Assembly (NCBI GenBank): GCA_030167865.1
Contig: JALAGF010004074.1
Location: 1 to 64,000 of the forward strand
DNA: 64,000 nucleotides
Reading direction: 5' to 3'
Origin: Craspedostauros australis
Taxonomy: Eukaryota
A model generated the notes under the pieces. The model saw only the letters and a list, made by a program, of their open reading frames with translations. It was not told where the DNA came from and did not search any database. How positions within the stretch are numbered: the stretch's first letter is position 1; each line of letters starts with the position of its first letter. The position numbers and the translations under genes were made by a program. Below are positions 1-12,207 of this stretch, piece after piece.

Positions 1-1533
1 TACAGAGGCGGAGAGCCCCAGTTCCCATGGATGCTGCACAAGCTACTCGCAGACGCCGAGAGGGATGGTCTCACCTCCGTCATCTCTTGGATGCCATGCG
101 GTCGTGTCTTCAAGGTGCATCAGCGCAAGCTCTTCCTCGAGATGATCTTGCCGAAGTACGTGCGCCAGTCCAAGTACAAGAGCTTCGTCAGATCGCTCAA
201 CCTTTGGGGCTTCAGCACGTGCCGCCCGTGCTGCGGCAAGGCGCTGAAAGGATCATGTAAGTTCAACTGGGTGTGATTGAGCTGTGTTGGATCGAGTCTG
301 TTGTAATGTGGGGCTTCTGTTCGCACCACGCTCTCGTTTGGCTTGTTGTGTCTCGTCCAGCGTCGCCTTGTGTCCCGATCTGTTCCGGAGGATCAATGTA
401 CTGCTATTTCACTTGCGTGTACGGTACTGCATGATCCATTCCTCTACTGCATCACCATACCCTATGTTACTCTCCCATGGCTCACACGATCCCTCGACTT
501 TATCCTTCGACCTCATCCTCCGACCTGTATGTATCTGGATCCTCCTACCCTTCCACCCTCCCATGTCATATCGTCCACTCCAGACTTCCACCATCTGTTC
601 GTCCGAGGCGCACCAATGCTGAGCCATAGCATGGTGAGGACCAAGATCAAAAAAGTCCCCAACAAGAACCCGAAGTTCTGTGGCCTCTGTCATTTCAAAC
701 AGCAGCAGCTGGGTACCCTCCAACAGTCCAGCTCAATAATTTCCGTGGGAGATTCCTCAATGACCGCGAATGCGGCCTTCGACCCTTCCGTTCCAACACC
801 GTTAGAGCCGAAGCCGAATCCCCGTCGCCAATTGGTGCCAATCGCTCCTGCTCCTATGCCCCCGTTGGGCACTCAGGCTCCCAACCACCACCAACTGGAT
901 GCTGGAAGCCGCGATGTTCCAATCACGACGGTTCAAGTCCCGAGTTCGGGCATACTGGCCACGCCGGTGATACAGCAGATGACAAATGTCGCAAACTACC
1001 ATGGTACAAGCAACACCAGCAAAGACAGCGTAATGGCAATGCACGAAGAGCAATGCAGCAACCTCCACAGCCACCAACCCGTAGCCTTTGACCATCATTT
1101 GGAGCACACTGTTAGCACGGAGAGCCACAATCTCCCTTCGAAGTGTGAAAGTGCAGCGCAGGATGCTCCTTTGGTTGTCCGCGATAGTGATGCAAACGCT
1201 GTGTTGTCAGTGTCGAACATAATGGTCGACAATGGCGAGTCTCATCCAGCCTTTTTTGACAGCTTCGGCAATCACGAAAGCCATGAAATGAAGCAAGAAC
1301 CCAAGAAGTTCATCAACACCAGTGACGAAAACGATCACTTCTTGCTGGACAGCTTTCTCCACGCGCCCGTGTCAGATTCCTCTGATGGCTGCAGCTTGGA
1401 GCTTGAAGCATTCGAACTGCTGTCAGAGAGCGAATTCGAAGCAGGACCGGCACTTGGCGATGATATGATGGCTGGCACGTTTACCATGCTTGGGGCAGAC
1501 GAGCTATGTCGTATGTTCGAAGGCAATCGGTGA
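1..1533 (+). CDS. HSF-type DNA-binding transcription factor, 5' partial; exons <1..256 and 584..1533
   Basis: HSF DBD motifs 'LHKLLADAE..VISWMPCGRVFKVH', 'KYKSFVRSLNLWGF'. The GTAAGT donor at 257 and CAG acceptor at 583 restore 'GSYFHHLFVRG'. Low-complexity acidic C-terminus. Confidence 0.85.
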
Positions 1534-4500
1534 AGGCTATGCGCAGGCATTTCTCGTACATTACCACTCTAGTACACAAATTTACATCATTTTTTACTTT
1601 GCTGGAGATGGTCACATTCTAACAGGAGAGGTGGTAGTGTACCTTATGGAACTAAAACGTCCGCACATATAATCGCATCGCTCTTGTGATCGCCCCAAGT
1701 CTAAAGAGCGGTGAGACTTCATTCGGTGCCTCGATGAGGATGTGGCGATGCTGTTGTCTCTCCATTCCACGAGCGAGCATATTGGGTGAGTTGACACAGT
1801 GCAGGGTACTCTATTATATTCATATCGCTATCGTTCGTTCTGCGTGTCTGTATGTGCAGTTGAAGACGCGGGAGATACCATCGGTTAGTATACATGTAGT
1901 AGTACTCATTTTGTTGCCTCCATCCACGCGCTTTGATTGAATGGTATTATATGATTTGCTTGCTTGATTGGTCGCAAGAGCGTTTACCCATGGAACAGTT
2001 TACAAATGTGTCAACACACGAGCATTGTGACCATATGCATGCAGCCTCTCGAGAGATGTGAGCGGAACCGCATTGCGCGTGCGATCGCTCAGAGTGCAGT
2101 AGTTGCTGGTTCTGCCCGACGAATCGGCGTGCAATTTGGTTGAGTAGATGGATCAGCGTTGGAGATGTGAGATGCACGAGATACGAGTGGTGAGACAGAG
2201 AGAGAACCGCAACGATGACGGGTTCCACCCGCTTTGGGAGTCTCTTTGGCCACAGTGACGTAGTGTGGGATCACTTTGTGTGCGATGTGATTGAACAGTC
2301 GTGTTGTGAATGCATCGGTAATCACCAATCCGCAGCTTGTGTCCATTTTGTTCTGTTGTGTGGTTCGTTCTCTTGCTGTAGCCGTCGGAATGGCGAAGTG
2401 TGGATTGGTCGCAACCCTGTTGGCGCTGGTGGAGATGTGGAATCGGCACCAACAGAGAGGCAGATGGATAACGAAGGGGGTTCGCAGTTGCTGTTTTGGC
2501 GGATGTTGGGGTCTGGATGTCAGCAAAATCGCGTTCGCCCCTTTGTTGGAGATGGCGTTGATCATGTTGCAGGTGAGGCCGCCGAGTGTATCGGCAAGGC
2601 CTTTGTCAAGCTCTTGTTTCGCTTCTGTGTTGCTTGGTAATCGGTGGACTCGTTGCGGGGATCCACTGGCGTCAATTCAAGAGAAGTTACACAAATTGCA
2701 GTATCGGATTGCATTCCTGAAAGCTCTGCGCTGATATCCTGATGTGGCATAATGATCCATCGTCCGATTCTTCATGAAGGTACGATGCTGGTAGTGTCAG
2801 GAACAGCGCTGTCTGTGGTCAACGCCATGTCTGCCAGCATCGATGTGATTCTCCAAGCTTGTGTGTTGGTTTTGAGGTTCTCCGAAAAGAAAAAAATGGA
2901 GGATGCGTGATTATTCTGCGTCTGTGGATGCGAGAAGTCACAGGATGTGTCGCGCACCATCGCGGTCAGAGCATTTTGCCATCCATGTGGATGGTGCTTG
3001 GTTGAGGCAGCTTGTGGCCGTGGGTTCCTTTCTGTGATGTTACACTGATGATGCCATTGGATTCTGCTGCTGCTGGCTTGATTCGGGTTGGAACATGGAA
3101 CTGCGTTTGAGTGCAGTGCTCTATTGACGATGGCAGAGAAAGCCAGGTTGCTACTCTGGTTGACAACCCTCCATCAAGTCGGGGAGCGGCGGTGTTGCCC
3201 ACGTAACCATATTCGTGGCATCAGTGTACCTTGTTCGGTATCCAAAAAAGTATGCTGATTGTCTTGCTCCTGATAAGCGTAGAGGTGCTGTATGCTGCCA
3301 TTCCCAAGCATATTTGTTCGTTCCACTCGACGCGCTCGTAATGTGACACCAATATGGCATGATGTTTGCCTTGCTTGATGCACCCTTCGCCGGAGTATGA
3401 GAGCAGAACGTGTAGCTGCTGATGATAGAGTGAAAGCTGGCAACTGCTGTGATTGAGCTTCGAAAGTGATAGATGGCTCGATGGATTCTCCTTGAATGAT
3501 GTGTCAGCCACGACACGCAGCTCGTAGCCCAACGGAGGCACCTGGACTGCGTGTGTACTCGGATGACAGCGCGATGATGGCTGAAGGGACGGCATCAGGT
3601 TTCCTTGTCGTAGTTGGTGGCTGTCCCTTCTCGACGGACCGTCGGTGCCAATGTTGCCGCTACTGCCATGCGATTAATCCGCCCCACGCTGCAAGCTCGG
3701 ACCTTGCGACAGAGCCAGCGACTGAGTTGCCGTGCAGGCATGGTATTGTTCACGCTCTTCGTATCAGCTGTGCGAGGACGAATGTAAGAGTGTCGATGAT
3801 GCCGATGCTGGTTCAAAGCTGCATCGTAGGCTATGATCCAATGGCTTTGATGACTTCTTTCTCTTGACGATGATGTGCTCCTGATCCTGATACTTGCTTG
3901 ATTTGCTGTTGGATGCTCCGAATGCGCTCAATCCTTGCAGCTCGCCGCTGCGGATCATTGCGATCGCTTGATGTCATCTCGAGATGCACCGTAGCCAGTG
4001 TGCAGCCATGTGCCTTTCTATCGTCTCATTGAATGCTCGCTGCTCATAAAGTGATCACTGTGGTAATTGTCGCGACGTTGGTCGATCAACTCACCAACAG
4101 GCTGAAAAGACTGGATCCGGCTGGACGTTGACGGAACTGTGTTCAATCGGCACAATCGGAGTGAAATCGGATGGAGTGGGGCAGTTTGCGACGATCCATT
4201 ATTCAGCATGTATGGACACGGAGGGTATCACTGCCTCATTGTTGTGTTTCTGGAAGTGTCGCTGGGCTGCGTTCCTTGGTCCCTTCCTTCATCGTCAGAT
4301 CTCGTTTCTTCGACTTTTTCGGGCTTTCATTTTGTTTGCGGATGGCTTTGTGACGAAAAACAAGTGGCTGGGTCATGGACAGACAAGAAAACGAACGCAA
4401 AGAACATGTGAGAAAGATAAATAGGACGGAGTTGTTCACGTCGCTTGGGGACGACGTCAAGTGAGAAGCGCTCATAAACCACCTGCGAAACTCGGAAGAG

Positions 4501-6418
4501 GCTTATTTCGTAATTATGGATTTCGCGTCACCACTTTGTGTCAGTGTGGCGAAGAATTGCAATAGTTTCCTGAACGGCGCAGTAGCTGTTGTCTTAGTCT
4601 GCTCGTATTGATATTGGCTGTTTTATCTCTTCGCGTGTCTCGAACAAACAAGAACGACATCGAGGCGATGTCTTGGTCTTGAGATTCCGAGTACCCCAAA
4701 GTTTCGTCGAACTTGTCACTCTATCGCTTCTCACCTCGTCGCCATCGACGCTTCACATCGCACGATACGTCTCAAGGAACATGACAAGTCTTCTCGACAG
4801 CTGTTCTCTGTTCCTCTCATTCTCTCATCTTTTCGCATTTTTCTCCATTCGTTCTTGGCCGGACGAGCCAGAGCATTCACTTCACTCATTTCAATCTGAT
4901 TGGTGGCGTGTATGAGGGTGGACTTTGGGAACGTATCGTGAGCTTGGATTGCTCTATCTGTGGAGAACACTCTGCTCTCCTCGATTCTACTCGACTCTAT
5001 GTGGATTAGATTGAGGTTTGAGCGCCGTATCGAAGTTGTGAGCATCGGTACAAGTTGGGGCAATTTCCGCCTATCCAGACTACACGCCGACGAAGAATGA
5101 AGATCCGTGGAGCGGCCAACATCCAACTTTCGTCGCTCAGCTCATGGTGTGGAGGCGATGTTCGATGGTCGAGCGACACATCATACCACGACGATACAAA
5201 TCACAAGAGAGGACTGAGCTCTCTCTCTCTCTCTGCCTGTTTTCCTGGCGCGACTGCCACGCTATACAGAGATGGCGGAATACACATTCTGTGGAGGAAG
5301 ATCCGTATCCATACTTCTACAAATGCAATCGAGCGCACGATGTGGAGGACTTTGCCGAATCCAGGAGAGTTCATCATCCGGCCACTTCAGGCAGAAAGAA
5401 GACGGGTGGAAGTGCTTGTCGGTGCCGCAGTCTGGCCAAGCACGCTCACCCATCGACTTTCTGTTTCACTCGCGGCAACAGCGGAGCTGATTTGTCAGAA
5501 CAAGTCCCAGCGAAAAGAAACCACGCTTGAGGAGGCCGTCCATGCGGTCGATGGGTGGGTGTTGTATGTATGTAAGGGAGCCAATGTATGAGTAGCTCGT
5601 ACATAAATGCGATGAAGTATGATACGCTCGAGTACGACCCAATACTCTCAACCAGCGACAAGATCCCTTTTGGGGTCGTGGCTTCAAGAAGTTTGATGAG
5701 TGCGGGACCACCTTCGAATCGTACCTCCAAGGCGCAGATGATGGGACCTTGTGCTAGCCGTACGACTATGGAAGGGGTAAGGACAACACATGTTCAGTGC
5801 TGAGGTCGTACCACACTCCGCGAGTATTATGTTTTGGTCCGACGAGTACGAACGGGTACCGAGTAGTGAGCCAACCGCATCTTTGCTTCATGGGTGTGGA
5901 TTTGGGCATTTCTTGTCTGATTGGATCAACCGCAGAGTGCGTGCCCGCGCATGTTGTTTGGACAACGAGAGTGAAGTAAGAGCACAATGCGCGCTTGTGG
6001 AGCATGATGTTTTGCACAGAATGCTGCTTGTGGCAAAGTACTACACTCTATGTACTTTCTTCGAGTCGAGAGAACTGCAATGTGCTGCAAGTAGATTGTT
6101 GTGGCGGCTCTTCCTCCGAACATGCTTTTGTGTGCAACTGCTGATGAGACGGCAACAAGAAGAGTCTTATTTCATTCCAATCCTGGTACGCCAGCTTCAC
6201 ACAAACGAAGTGGACCGAAAAACATGCCGAAGCAGACATTTGAGCGCATTGCTGGAAATGAACCCGATGGATCTTGTTGAATGAGCAGTTCGCGTTGTTC
6301 ACGACAACAAGCTGAGGGCGTACCTCAAGATCTGCTTGAGCAACTCTGTTCCAATCTACCATATTATGCCGGCAATGGGCTCCATGTCCAAGACTCCATC
6401 ATCTCCATTGCGTTTTGC

Positions 6419-7378
6419 CTAGCTCCCTCCTCCAACGTATCCCTCGTCCAAGGGACCCGAGTCCGCAGCAGCGAGTTTGGCACCATCGGGACCGAACTTG
6501 TTGGAGTAGTAGCTGAGGAGACTTCCGTACGAGTTTTGTCGGTACTTGGTGTCGTAAACGTACTGCGAATTGATGGGCGCACCCGGTCTGTGATCATGCG
6601 CGCCGTTGTCGTTGGCCCAACCCAACCAGATGGAGGCAGCCTGCTGGCGCGCCGCAACCAACGTCGCGACGTTGTTGTCCGTGAGTGGCATGGTCAGGGA
6701 GGTGTAGAGAGGTCCGCGGATGAGCGCGTCTTCCTCGGTTGGCGAGTCTTGCGTTGGGACTGCGCCCTCCAATGCGGCCACGGTGGACGAAAGAAAGGTG
6801 ATGACCTGCTCCGTTCCGAACTTGGTGTCGAAGTCACGTCGTGCGCCGGAGTATTCGAACGCCTTGCGGCCCAGCTCATCGGGTCCCGGGTAGTTGCCGG
6901 CCGCGTCTCTCATCTCGTAGTTGCCGTAGGCACGCGGGCGGAAATCGAGGACGAACTCGATGGAGGCACCATCGTTGACGATGGCGCACTTGGAAAAGAG
7001 GTGCGGGACGTCCGTCAAGGGTCCGTTGTAGATTGTCAACGACGAGAGCTGGGACTGTACGGAAAGCGAGGACAGCCAAGCGATGTTGGCCGGACCGGGC
7101 GCGTCCCTGGCATCCAACGCGGTCGGGCATCCGGCGATGGTCACCCCGCTCGCGGGCGTCCAGCTGGAGTCCACCTTGGGTGCCAGGTCGGGAATCGCGG
7201 CCGCGATGGCGTCGACGCTTGCCGCTTGGGATTGATCGAATGCGGCGATGGCGGCGGTCGGCGTGGCATGCAGTTGCGATGCCGACGCAACCTTGAAGGC
7301 TGCGGATCGGGGCGCCACGAAGGCATCGCTGAGGCAGCAGCCTGCGAATCCCACGAGGGTGGCAATGGACAACTTCAT
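6419..7378 (-). CDS. Plastid-targeted red chlorophyll catabolite reductase-like (ferredoxin-dependent bilin reductase fold) protein
   Basis: 319-aa ORF with strong coding bias, signal peptide plus 'SDA-FVAP'. 'LTIYNGPLTDVPHL...FVLDFRPR' resembles the RCCR family. Confidence 0.6.
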   Translation of the reverse strand: MKLSIATLVGFAGCCLSDAFVAPRSAAFKVASASQLHATPTAAIAAFDQSQAASVDAIAAAIPDLAPKVDSSWTPASGVTIAGCPTALDARDAPGPANIAWLSSLSVQSQLSSLTIYNGPLTDVPHLFSKCAIVNDGASIEFVLDFRPRAYGNYEMRDAAGNYPGPDELGRKAFEYSGARRDFDTKFGTEQVITFLSSTVAALEGAVPTQDSPTEEDALIRGPLYTSLTMPLTDNNVATLVAARQQAASIWLGWANDNGAHDHRPGAPINSQYVYDTKYRQNSYGSLLSYYSNKFGPDGAKLAAADSGPLDEGYVGGGS

Positions 7379-8316
7379 CGTCTCGGCTGTTCAATTGTTG
7401 CTGTTGCTATGTGTTGCTTGTGACGAGCAAGTTGGAGATGGCAAGATGGAGACGTCGTCGGTGCTGTTGGTGTCATTGTCGATTCGTTGCCTGTGTTGTT
7501 GGTGGTTGACGCCGATCAAAGATCCCTTTTGGGTGAGATCTTGTGTTCTGTCGTGCGTCAGATCGTACCAAGACAGACGCTTCAGTTGAATCGTGAGATA
7601 CGTTTCTGCGGGACCCAGAATATACAGAAGACCAAATTTGATGTACCGAAAGTTATGTGGAAATATACGTTTACGATATTTGTTTCGGGTTGTGCTTGTG
7701 GGCGCAAAAACAGACACGTCGCGAGCGACTCTGTGACAACCTGTCTCATCCAAACAAGGTGATTGTGGAGGTGTGTTCGATTGCCAGACTCCGATCACAC
7801 TCACGCTCACACTTGCGTTCTCTGGCTTCCGTCTGCCATCACTCATTGCTGTAGCTCGTACTCCACCCTATCATACAATACCAAACATCCTTGCAGTTGG
7901 ACTCGAAGGGTCAACATCTTCAGTCGCATCTGCATTTGAATGGAGCATCTGTCGATTGAGTCGTGCTGATGAAGACTAAGGGAACAAGGATAATCAACAC
8001 AAACATCAACAGGAGTACAGGATCAAGCGACGGTATTGGTAGCATTGGCAGCATTGAAGGTGGTCGACAAGTGGGATCAAGACTGGAAGCATCATTGACA
8101 GCACCATTCACAGCACCATTCACAGCATCAGCATCGTCATTAGCCACGGCGACAAAGACAAAGCCGATCACGACGACGACAGTCACGACGACAGCCAATC
8201 GAAGAAACCGTTCCGCCCCTGCGGGCTTGCATCAGTCACAAGCCAGCGCCGAAAGTGGCAATCCTCTGCGTGCTACGAGGATCAGCAACAGCAAGCGCCG
8301 CACGACAAGCGACGCC

Positions 8317-9474
8317 ATGATTCCCATCGATTGGATTAACTTCATCGTGGAACTATTCGCACAAATCGTGGACTTCATGAGGGGATTGTGGGAGCGATTC
8401 ACCAGCAAGGTCATCGAACTGGATTCAGGTCGCAGGGTGCGCATCGGCAGGAAGATTGCGGAGGGCGGGTTCAGCCTTGTCTTCCGCGCCACGGATTGCA
8501 ACTCGCGCAACCTCGTCTACGCTCTGAAGCGCATCCAATGTGCGGAACGAGAGGTCGTGGAGGCATGTCGCAAGGAAGCCAAAGTGCATCGGATGCTGGC
8601 GGATGACGACGGCAGCGCATCCAGCAGCCACCCTGCCAGCAACAACGCCAACAACAGTAGCCGCAGCATCAGCGGCAGTAGCAACGCCAGTCACATGCAC
8701 AACAACAACGTGCTCCCGTTGTTGGGCATGGCGTTTGTGGACGACTTTTGCTACATGCTCTTTCCCTTCATGCCCCACTCCCTGCGCACCGAAGTCAACC
8801 GCCGCATCTTTCACAACCACCACAGCAGAGACGGCAATTCGCTACCGCCATGGAGCGAGATCACTGTGTTGCAAATCTTTCGTGGCATTCTCAACGGTGT
8901 GCAGGCCATGCACCGGTTGAACATCTCCCACAGGGACATCAAGCTTGAAAACGTCCTCTTCCAAAGTCCCAAGGATCTGTCGACGCCAGTGTTGATGGAC
9001 TTTGGTTCGACGGGACCCTTGATCCAGCCCATCCAGCAACGCAGAGACGTGCTCTGCATCGCCGAGATGGCGAGCTCTCACACCACCATGCCGTACCGGC
9101 CACCCGAACTCTTCGATGGCGGCGTGCGGACGGGAGACGCCGACGTTGATTTCGCCAAGGTCGATGTTTGGAGCTTGGGGTGCACGCTGTTTGCCATCTT
9201 GTACGGTGCGTCGCCCTTCGAATCAGAATTCAATCGACAGACGGGCGCCATCCGCATCGTGGATTGTTCGCAACTGAGGGTCATTGGCAACGTGCCGTTC
9301 CCACCCGACGGCACGGGTCCATCCAAATGGTACTCGAAGCAGATACGGGCCTTGGTCCAATGGATGCTGCAGCAGGATCGTACGCAACGTCCCTTCCTGC
9401 CGGAAGTCATCCATCGGGTGGAGACCATGCTTGCAGATCACAACGGGGAGCGGCACTTGGACATGGTGCTTTAG
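8317..9474 (+). CDS. Ser/Thr protein kinase, NAK family (STK16-like)
   Basis: IAEGGFSLV, YALKRI, HRDIKLEN, LMDFGS, HTTMPYRPPELF and DVWSLGC motifs. Start placed at MIPIDW; the ORF is open further upstream to 7963. Confidence 0.85.
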   Translation: MIPIDWINFIVELFAQIVDFMRGLWERFTSKVIELDSGRRVRIGRKIAEGGFSLVFRATDCNSRNLVYALKRIQCAEREVVEACRKEAKVHRMLADDDGSASSSHPASNNANNSSRSISGSSNASHMHNNNVLPLLGMAFVDDFCYMLFPFMPHSLRTEVNRRIFHNHHSRDGNSLPPWSEITVLQIFRGILNGVQAMHRLNISHRDIKLENVLFQSPKDLSTPVLMDFGSTGPLIQPIQQRRDVLCIAEMASSHTTMPYRPPELFDGGVRTGDADVDFAKVDVWSLGCTLFAILYGASPFESEFNRQTGAIRIVDCSQLRVIGNVPFPPDGTGPSKWYSKQIRALVQWMLQQDRTQRPFLPEVIHRVETMLADHNGERHLDMVL

Positions 9475-9636
9475 GTAAACAAACATCGATGGCAAGGTTT
9501 TGCTTTCATTGCCATGCTGGATCTTAACTACTGACAAGTCGAGGAGTAGAGATCTATATACTCTATCGTGCGCTACCAGGCAAGCAAGTAGATTTGCATG
9601 TGGATGCCTTGGGTCGTTACGTGCATGCTCGTTCGA

Positions 9637-12207
9637 TCACATATGCAGATCATCCTCCCCAAGCACAGAATTGTTCATTCGATTCTGTTTGCGCGCATCG
9701 CGCATGGCCTGGAGTTCAGCTTGACGGTCCACTCGCGAATTGGCGCTTTGGATGACCTGGTACCCATCCAAGGTTGTTTCATCGTACGATTCATCGTTCT
9801 TGGCGCCATCTTCGTCAATGTTGTTGGTTGGTGTTGTATCTTCTTGAACACTGGTGGGTGCCTCGCTGACTGCCGGCGAATCCTTCTCCTTGGCTGCGGC
9901 GATCGACGCCAGAAACTCGCCCGGGTCGGTGTATGGTGGCACCAGACGCTCTTCGCCCGTTTCACGATCAACGTGGTAGATTCGAAAGCCTGGATCTGGG
10001 CGTTCTTCGGAACTTTCCGGATTCAGCTCCGTCGAAACGCTGGCCTTGTTTTGACGGATCTTTTCGTACATGCCCTCCAGCTCGGGATCCGATGTATCGT
10101 CACTTTCGGCTGCTTCGGACGCCGGTGGTTCATCGGTGGAGTCGTCTGTAAAGCTGTATCCTTCCAAGGTCGAACCGAAAAAGTCGCTGCGATTCTTGAT
10201 TCGTTTCTCACGCATGGTGCGTGCAATATCGTCGTCCTTTGCGGCAGCTTCATGGATTCGTTGGTATCCATCAAACATGTCGTCGCTGGAAGCATCATCC
10301 GTGCCTTCGTCGGTGTCTGCAGGCGCAGCTGGCGCGGCACTCACGGTCAATGCATCGGCCATGGACACTGTGAATGGCACGTCTTTGTTTTCTTCCAGAG
10401 CAGGCAGATCGGCGCTTGGTGCACCCTTGCTGGGCAGTTTGGGCTCAACGGTCACATCAACTTTCGTCGTCGCGTCGTCGTCGACTGTACTGCCGCTGTT
10501 GCCCTTGCCGCGTGTGGCAAATCCAGTGAATGCCGTGGCATCTTCAATGCCCTTGGATGCAGCACGCTCGAAGGCTTCGTCGCCGCTGTCGTCCCACAAG
10601 CTCTCACGATCTTTTCTGCGTTCTTCGTTCGCGGATCGCGCGGTGGAGTAGGAACCAAGCTCCGTTCCGACGGCCGCCGCAACGCCAACGCCCGACTTGC
10701 GCTGGTGGATGGGGTACATGGAAGCGGCGTATCGTGCGTTGGCCGCCATCGCGGCGCCGCCGCCCTTGGCAGTGAATCGATCCCACGCAAATGCGTCCAG
10801 AAAGGTGGCATCCTTCTCGCTGAGCTCCGTCCCCGCAATGAGCGAGGCCAGCAGCTCTCCCGTCTTGGGTGCCAGCAAAACGCCGTTCCTCCAATATCCA
10901 CCTGCCAAGAAGAGGCCTTCCCATGGCGTGCGGCCCATGATGGGGGCCTTGTCCGGTGTCGTCGGTCGCAGCCCGGCCCACGTTTCCTCCAAGGGGAGAT
11001 CGCCGAGGCCCGGTACGAGTTGAAGCGCATGATGCAGAATGTGCATGATACCGGACGGCGTCACGTTGGGATCGAAGCTGCCTGCCTCCACGGTGGCCCC
11101 AATGACGATGCGCCCATCCGCTTTGGGAACAATGTACGAATCTTGCGCAAAGAGGACGCGCCGTAGAATCGGCGGTCTGTCCTTCGGCATTCTCAAGGAC
11201 AGCGATTGTCCCTTGTGTGGTTCGAGCGGCACCGGTAGCAGGTTTCTCATCCAGGCTCCGTTGGCGACGAGGACGGCATTGGCGGACATGTACTTGCCGT
11301 TCTTGAGCCACAATCCTCGGCATTGACCCTCCTCCAAATCCAGCGACGTGACCTCGTAATTCTTGCCGGTCAGGAACTGCACGCCGGCCCCGACACAGGC
11401 CGCCCTCAGACTGCACGTCAGCCGCCTCGCGTCGACACTGGCATCCTCCGGAAACCACCAACCGCCCACGACATCCTGATGGACGTTGGGTTCCAGCTCC
11501 CGCACCTGATACGAATCCAACCACACCGCCGATCCGTCTTGGCTGGGCGGTGCCCACGTGGCCACGGAATCTCCCGCAAAGGCCGGTGCCAGGAATCCGC
11601 CCGATGCGACGTAGCCCACATCCCAACCTTCCATACCATCGGTGCCGCTCGGAGCGTGCAGAAATGGTTCGCCTTCGTCGCCCGACTCGCGTGCCATGCA
11701 CTCCACAAAATCCACGAACTGGGGATACATGCGCTTGCTGGCCATGCAGAGATCGAGGTAATTGCCCTTGGACAGTCGTTCCGAATTGGGCGCCAGCATG
11801 CCGGCCGCCGCGAAGCTTCCGACGGAGGTTTGGGATTGGGAACCATCTTCGCGATCCAAGATGGTGATGTGACGGTCGGGATCGATTTCCGACAAGTATA
11901 GAGCGACGGACAATCCGGCAAGGCCGTTGCCGACGATTACGACATCCTTGGATTGGCCGGATCCGCGTCGACGGCCGTTGTTGCTGCTGCTATGTGGAGG
12001 TGCTGTGCCATCAAATGGCAATTGGGTTGCACTCAGCTGTTGCTGCCGCGGAGATCGAATGGACGCGTGGTTGCTGCTGCTGTCGAATCGATGAAATGGT
12101 GATGAATGCTGTCGTTGCAGGTGCAGCGGTGAAGGTTGGAAGGCTTGGGCATGCAGCGTGAACCAGCCGATGCAGCCGAATGCGACAGACGCAATCTGGA
12201 TGGTCAT
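9637..12207 (-). CDS. thiO: Plastid-targeted FAD-dependent glycine oxidase (ThiO-like) with long C-terminal extension
   Basis: VVIVGNGLAG Rossmann motif, SFAAAGMLAP, KGQSL, WAGLRP, GGYWRNGVLLAP. Signal peptide MTIQ...AQA-FQP. Confidence 0.8.
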   Translation of the reverse strand: MTIQIASVAFGCIGWFTLHAQAFQPSPLHLQRQHSSPFHRFDSSSNHASIRSPRQQQLSATQLPFDGTAPPHSSSNNGRRRGSGQSKDVVIVGNGLAGLSVALYLSEIDPDRHITILDREDGSQSQTSVGSFAAAGMLAPNSERLSKGNYLDLCMASKRMYPQFVDFVECMARESGDEGEPFLHAPSGTDGMEGWDVGYVASGGFLAPAFAGDSVATWAPPSQDGSAVWLDSYQVRELEPNVHQDVVGGWWFPEDASVDARRLTCSLRAACVGAGVQFLTGKNYEVTSLDLEEGQCRGLWLKNGKYMSANAVLVANGAWMRNLLPVPLEPHKGQSLSLRMPKDRPPILRRVLFAQDSYIVPKADGRIVIGATVEAGSFDPNVTPSGIMHILHHALQLVPGLGDLPLEETWAGLRPTTPDKAPIMGRTPWEGLFLAGGYWRNGVLLAPKTGELLASLIAGTELSEKDATFLDAFAWDRFTAKGGGAAMAANARYAASMYPIHQRKSGVGVAAAVGTELGSYSTARSANEERRKDRESLWDDSGDEAFERAASKGIEDATAFTGFATRGKGNSGSTVDDDATTKVDVTVEPKLPSKGAPSADLPALEENKDVPFTVSMADALTVSAAPAAPADTDEGTDDASSDDMFDGYQRIHEAAAKDDDIARTMREKRIKNRSDFFGSTLEGYSFTDDSTDEPPASEAAESDDTSDPELEGMYEKIRQNKASVSTELNPESSEERPDPGFRIYHVDRETGEERLVPPYTDPGEFLASIAAAKEKDSPAVSEAPTSVQEDTTPTNNIDEDGAKNDESYDETTLDGYQVIQSANSRVDRQAELQAMRDARKQNRMNNSVLGEDDLHM

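Noticed and set aside
3764-3958. ORF starting MIRSGELQGLSAFG, resembling the SAMDC uORF LEGLSALFG
   Set aside because: The match is short, another frame looks more protein-like, and no downstream gene context supports it; probably chance.
9475-9636. TPP riboswitch downstream of thiO
   Set aside because: No CUGAGA-type aptamer core was recognised in the short convergent intergenic region.
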